Source: a virus (taxonomy: Duplodnaviria; Caudoviricetes). Taken from it: DNA of 64,000 bases. Shown here one piece after another: positions 63,763 through 64,000 of the stretch; the first letter of the stretch is position 1; every line of letters begins with the position of its first letter. The notes under the pieces were generated by a model. It searched no databases, had not been told where the DNA came from, and worked only from the letters and a program-made list of their open reading frames with translations. A program made the translations under genes and the position numbers. The DNA lies in the IMG/VR virus record IMGVR_UViG_3300024255_001563, positions 1-64,000 of that record; one strand, given 5' to 3'.

Positions 63763-64000
63763 CTAAGCTGTTGATGTTTCGATTCCATACACCACAGCAT
63801 TGCACTCCGTACTGTTTGAAAAACATACAATTTTTTGTCCTGCTGATAGCACAAAACCTGTTCTTTCTAAAACACCATTACCGATTAGCTCTGTATCATA
63901 TTCGACCCATTCTGCTGTAGTTGGGCTGTCTGTATCTGCTAGTGCTATTCTAATGTTTCTTGCTTGTGAATTTCGGTTAGTAAAGTTTACCGACACTACA
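63763..64000 (-). CDS. Structural-module hypothetical protein, 5' end beyond window
   Basis: The frame is open to the window edge; C-terminal VLERTG.VL..G..I...S.....VYG.E motif. Confidence 0.65.
   Translation of the reverse strand, partial: VVSVNFTNRNSQARNIRIALADTDSPTTAEWVEYDTELIGNGVLERTGFVLSAGQKIVCFSNSTECNAVVYGIETSTA

Noticed and set aside
1-64000. Stop-codon reassignment
   Set aside because: Core genes are full length in code 11 and end on TAA, TGA or TAG with normal overlaps.
1-64000. tRNA, rRNA, riboswitch or integrase/att sites
   Set aside because: Intergenic gaps are mostly under 110 nt, and none showed a cloverleaf, T-loop or recognisable ncRNA or recombinase motif by eye; tRNAscan and Rfam searches would be needed to exclude them formally.

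Overview
This window is a gene-dense 64-kb segment of a large, AT-rich, contractile-tailed T4-superfamily-like dsDNA phage. The Kdo genes suggest a Gram-negative host; an aquatic origin is only inferred from the accessory gene content. Bases 1-41418 are almost all on the - strand. They hold a replication/recombination module (gp41 helicase, gp61 primase, gp62-like clamp-loader subunit, UvsW, UvsX, UvsY, gp32 and a 186-aa miniature Pol III-alpha-like protein) and head-packaging/tail genes (gp17, gp16-like, gp4, tail tube, tail sheath). Interleaved with these is a large glycan biosynthesis and modification gene set: KdsA, KdsB, MetK, APS kinase plus an HxGH nucleotidyltransferase, four KpsS/GT107-like proteins, several glycosyltransferases, a PRTase-HAD fusion, a methyltransferase, a sulfotransferase and a carbamoyltransferase. 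Bases 41529-64000 hold neck and tail-terminator genes, a 1445-aa subtilisin/Ig-repeat/cupredoxin protein and tail fibres. An AT-rich island of two flavin-dependent halogenase-like genes, six 2OG-Fe(II) oxygenases and a second carbamoyltransferase sits inside the tail-fibre module. A T4-late-like TAAATA promoter motif precedes most structural genes and several of the modification genes, often only 4-5 nt before the ATG (probable leaderless mRNAs). The most promising candidate systems are (i) a phage-encoded Kdo/ribose/sulfate glycan assembly line, (ii) a late-expressed halogenation/hydroxylation/carbamoylation island and (iii) a thumb-less mini-DnaE. No tRNA, rRNA, CRISPR array, integrase, intron or canonical intein was recognised. 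All family assignments come from motifs read by eye, not from database searches.
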